56,649 nt of DNA from Fonticula alba (taxonomy: Eukaryota). A program made the translations under genes and the position numbers. The stretch lies in contig NW_009242980.1 in the NCBI RefSeq assembly GCF_000388065.1, positions 1,487 to 58,135 on the forward strand, written 5' to 3'. The notes beneath the pieces were generated by a model. The model did no database searches, was not told the DNA's origin, and saw only the letters and a program-made list of their open reading frames with translations. Shown piece by piece: positions 56,446-56,649 of this stretch. How positions within the stretch are numbered: position 1 is the stretch's first letter; each line of letters begins with the position of its first letter.

Positions 56446-56649
56446 ACGGTCGGTGCGATCCTCTCGGCGGTCGGTGCGATCCTCTCGGCGGTCGGTGCGA
56501 TCCGCTCGGCGATCATTGTAATCCTCTCGGCGGTCGGTGCGATCCTCTCGACGATCGCTATATCCCTCTCGGCGGTCGGTGCGATCCTCTCGGCGATCGG
56601 CATATCCCTCTCGGCGATCGGCATATCCCTCTCGACGATCAGCATATCC
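56446..56649. repeat. 21-bp tandem repeat (CGGCGGTCGGTGCGATCCTCT, about nine diverging units) running off the window end. The minus strand encodes the heptad ERIAPTA.
   Basis: Direct reading. The period is a multiple of 3, and the unit variants are mostly synonymous or conservative on the minus strand. Confidence 0.8.

Noticed and set aside
30217-56649. Tandem direct repeats of 18 bp, 21 bp and 75 bp as possible CRISPR arrays
   Set aside because: The context is eukaryotic. The repeats are contiguous with no unique spacers and no cas genes, so these are ordinary minisatellites or coding repeats.

Overview
This is a strongly GC-rich eukaryotic nuclear segment. It carries spliceosomal introns with GTGCGT or GTACGT donors and GCAG acceptors, and many (CA)n/(GT)n microsatellites, which fits a GC-rich alga-like genome.

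The window has three parts. Positions 1-21.4 kb hold mostly low-complexity GC-rich sequence whose six-frame ORFs are Pro/Arg/Gly-rich artefacts. Among them are a few genuine-looking genes: an intronless 686-aa ORF on the minus strand, a two-exon plus-strand gene at 9.4-10.7 kb, a lower-GC multi-exon minus-strand locus at 15-15.7 kb, and an SRP9-like terminal exon near 16.8 kb.

Positions 21.9-25.4 kb, 39.9-40.1 kb and 45.7-55.4 kb hold a dispersed array of 17 tRNA genes. They are Glu, Arg x2, Ile, Ser, Thr, Gly, Gln x2, Asp, Leu-CAG x4, Val, Lys and Leu-TAA, all followed by oligo-T Pol III terminators. Two degenerate Ty3/gypsy-like LTR retrotransposon copies lie between the tRNA genes. One is an internally deleted gag-integrase copy and the other is a frameshifted gag-protease-RT copy, and they have related LTRs.

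Positions 25.6-38.5 kb hold one large minus-strand gene. It encodes a giant TEP1-like STAND ATPase with the domain order TROVE, DUF4062, NACHT and WD40, and has at least three introns.

The very long plus-strand ORFs antisense to this gene are GC-bias artefacts. No rRNA genes or CRISPR arrays were seen.
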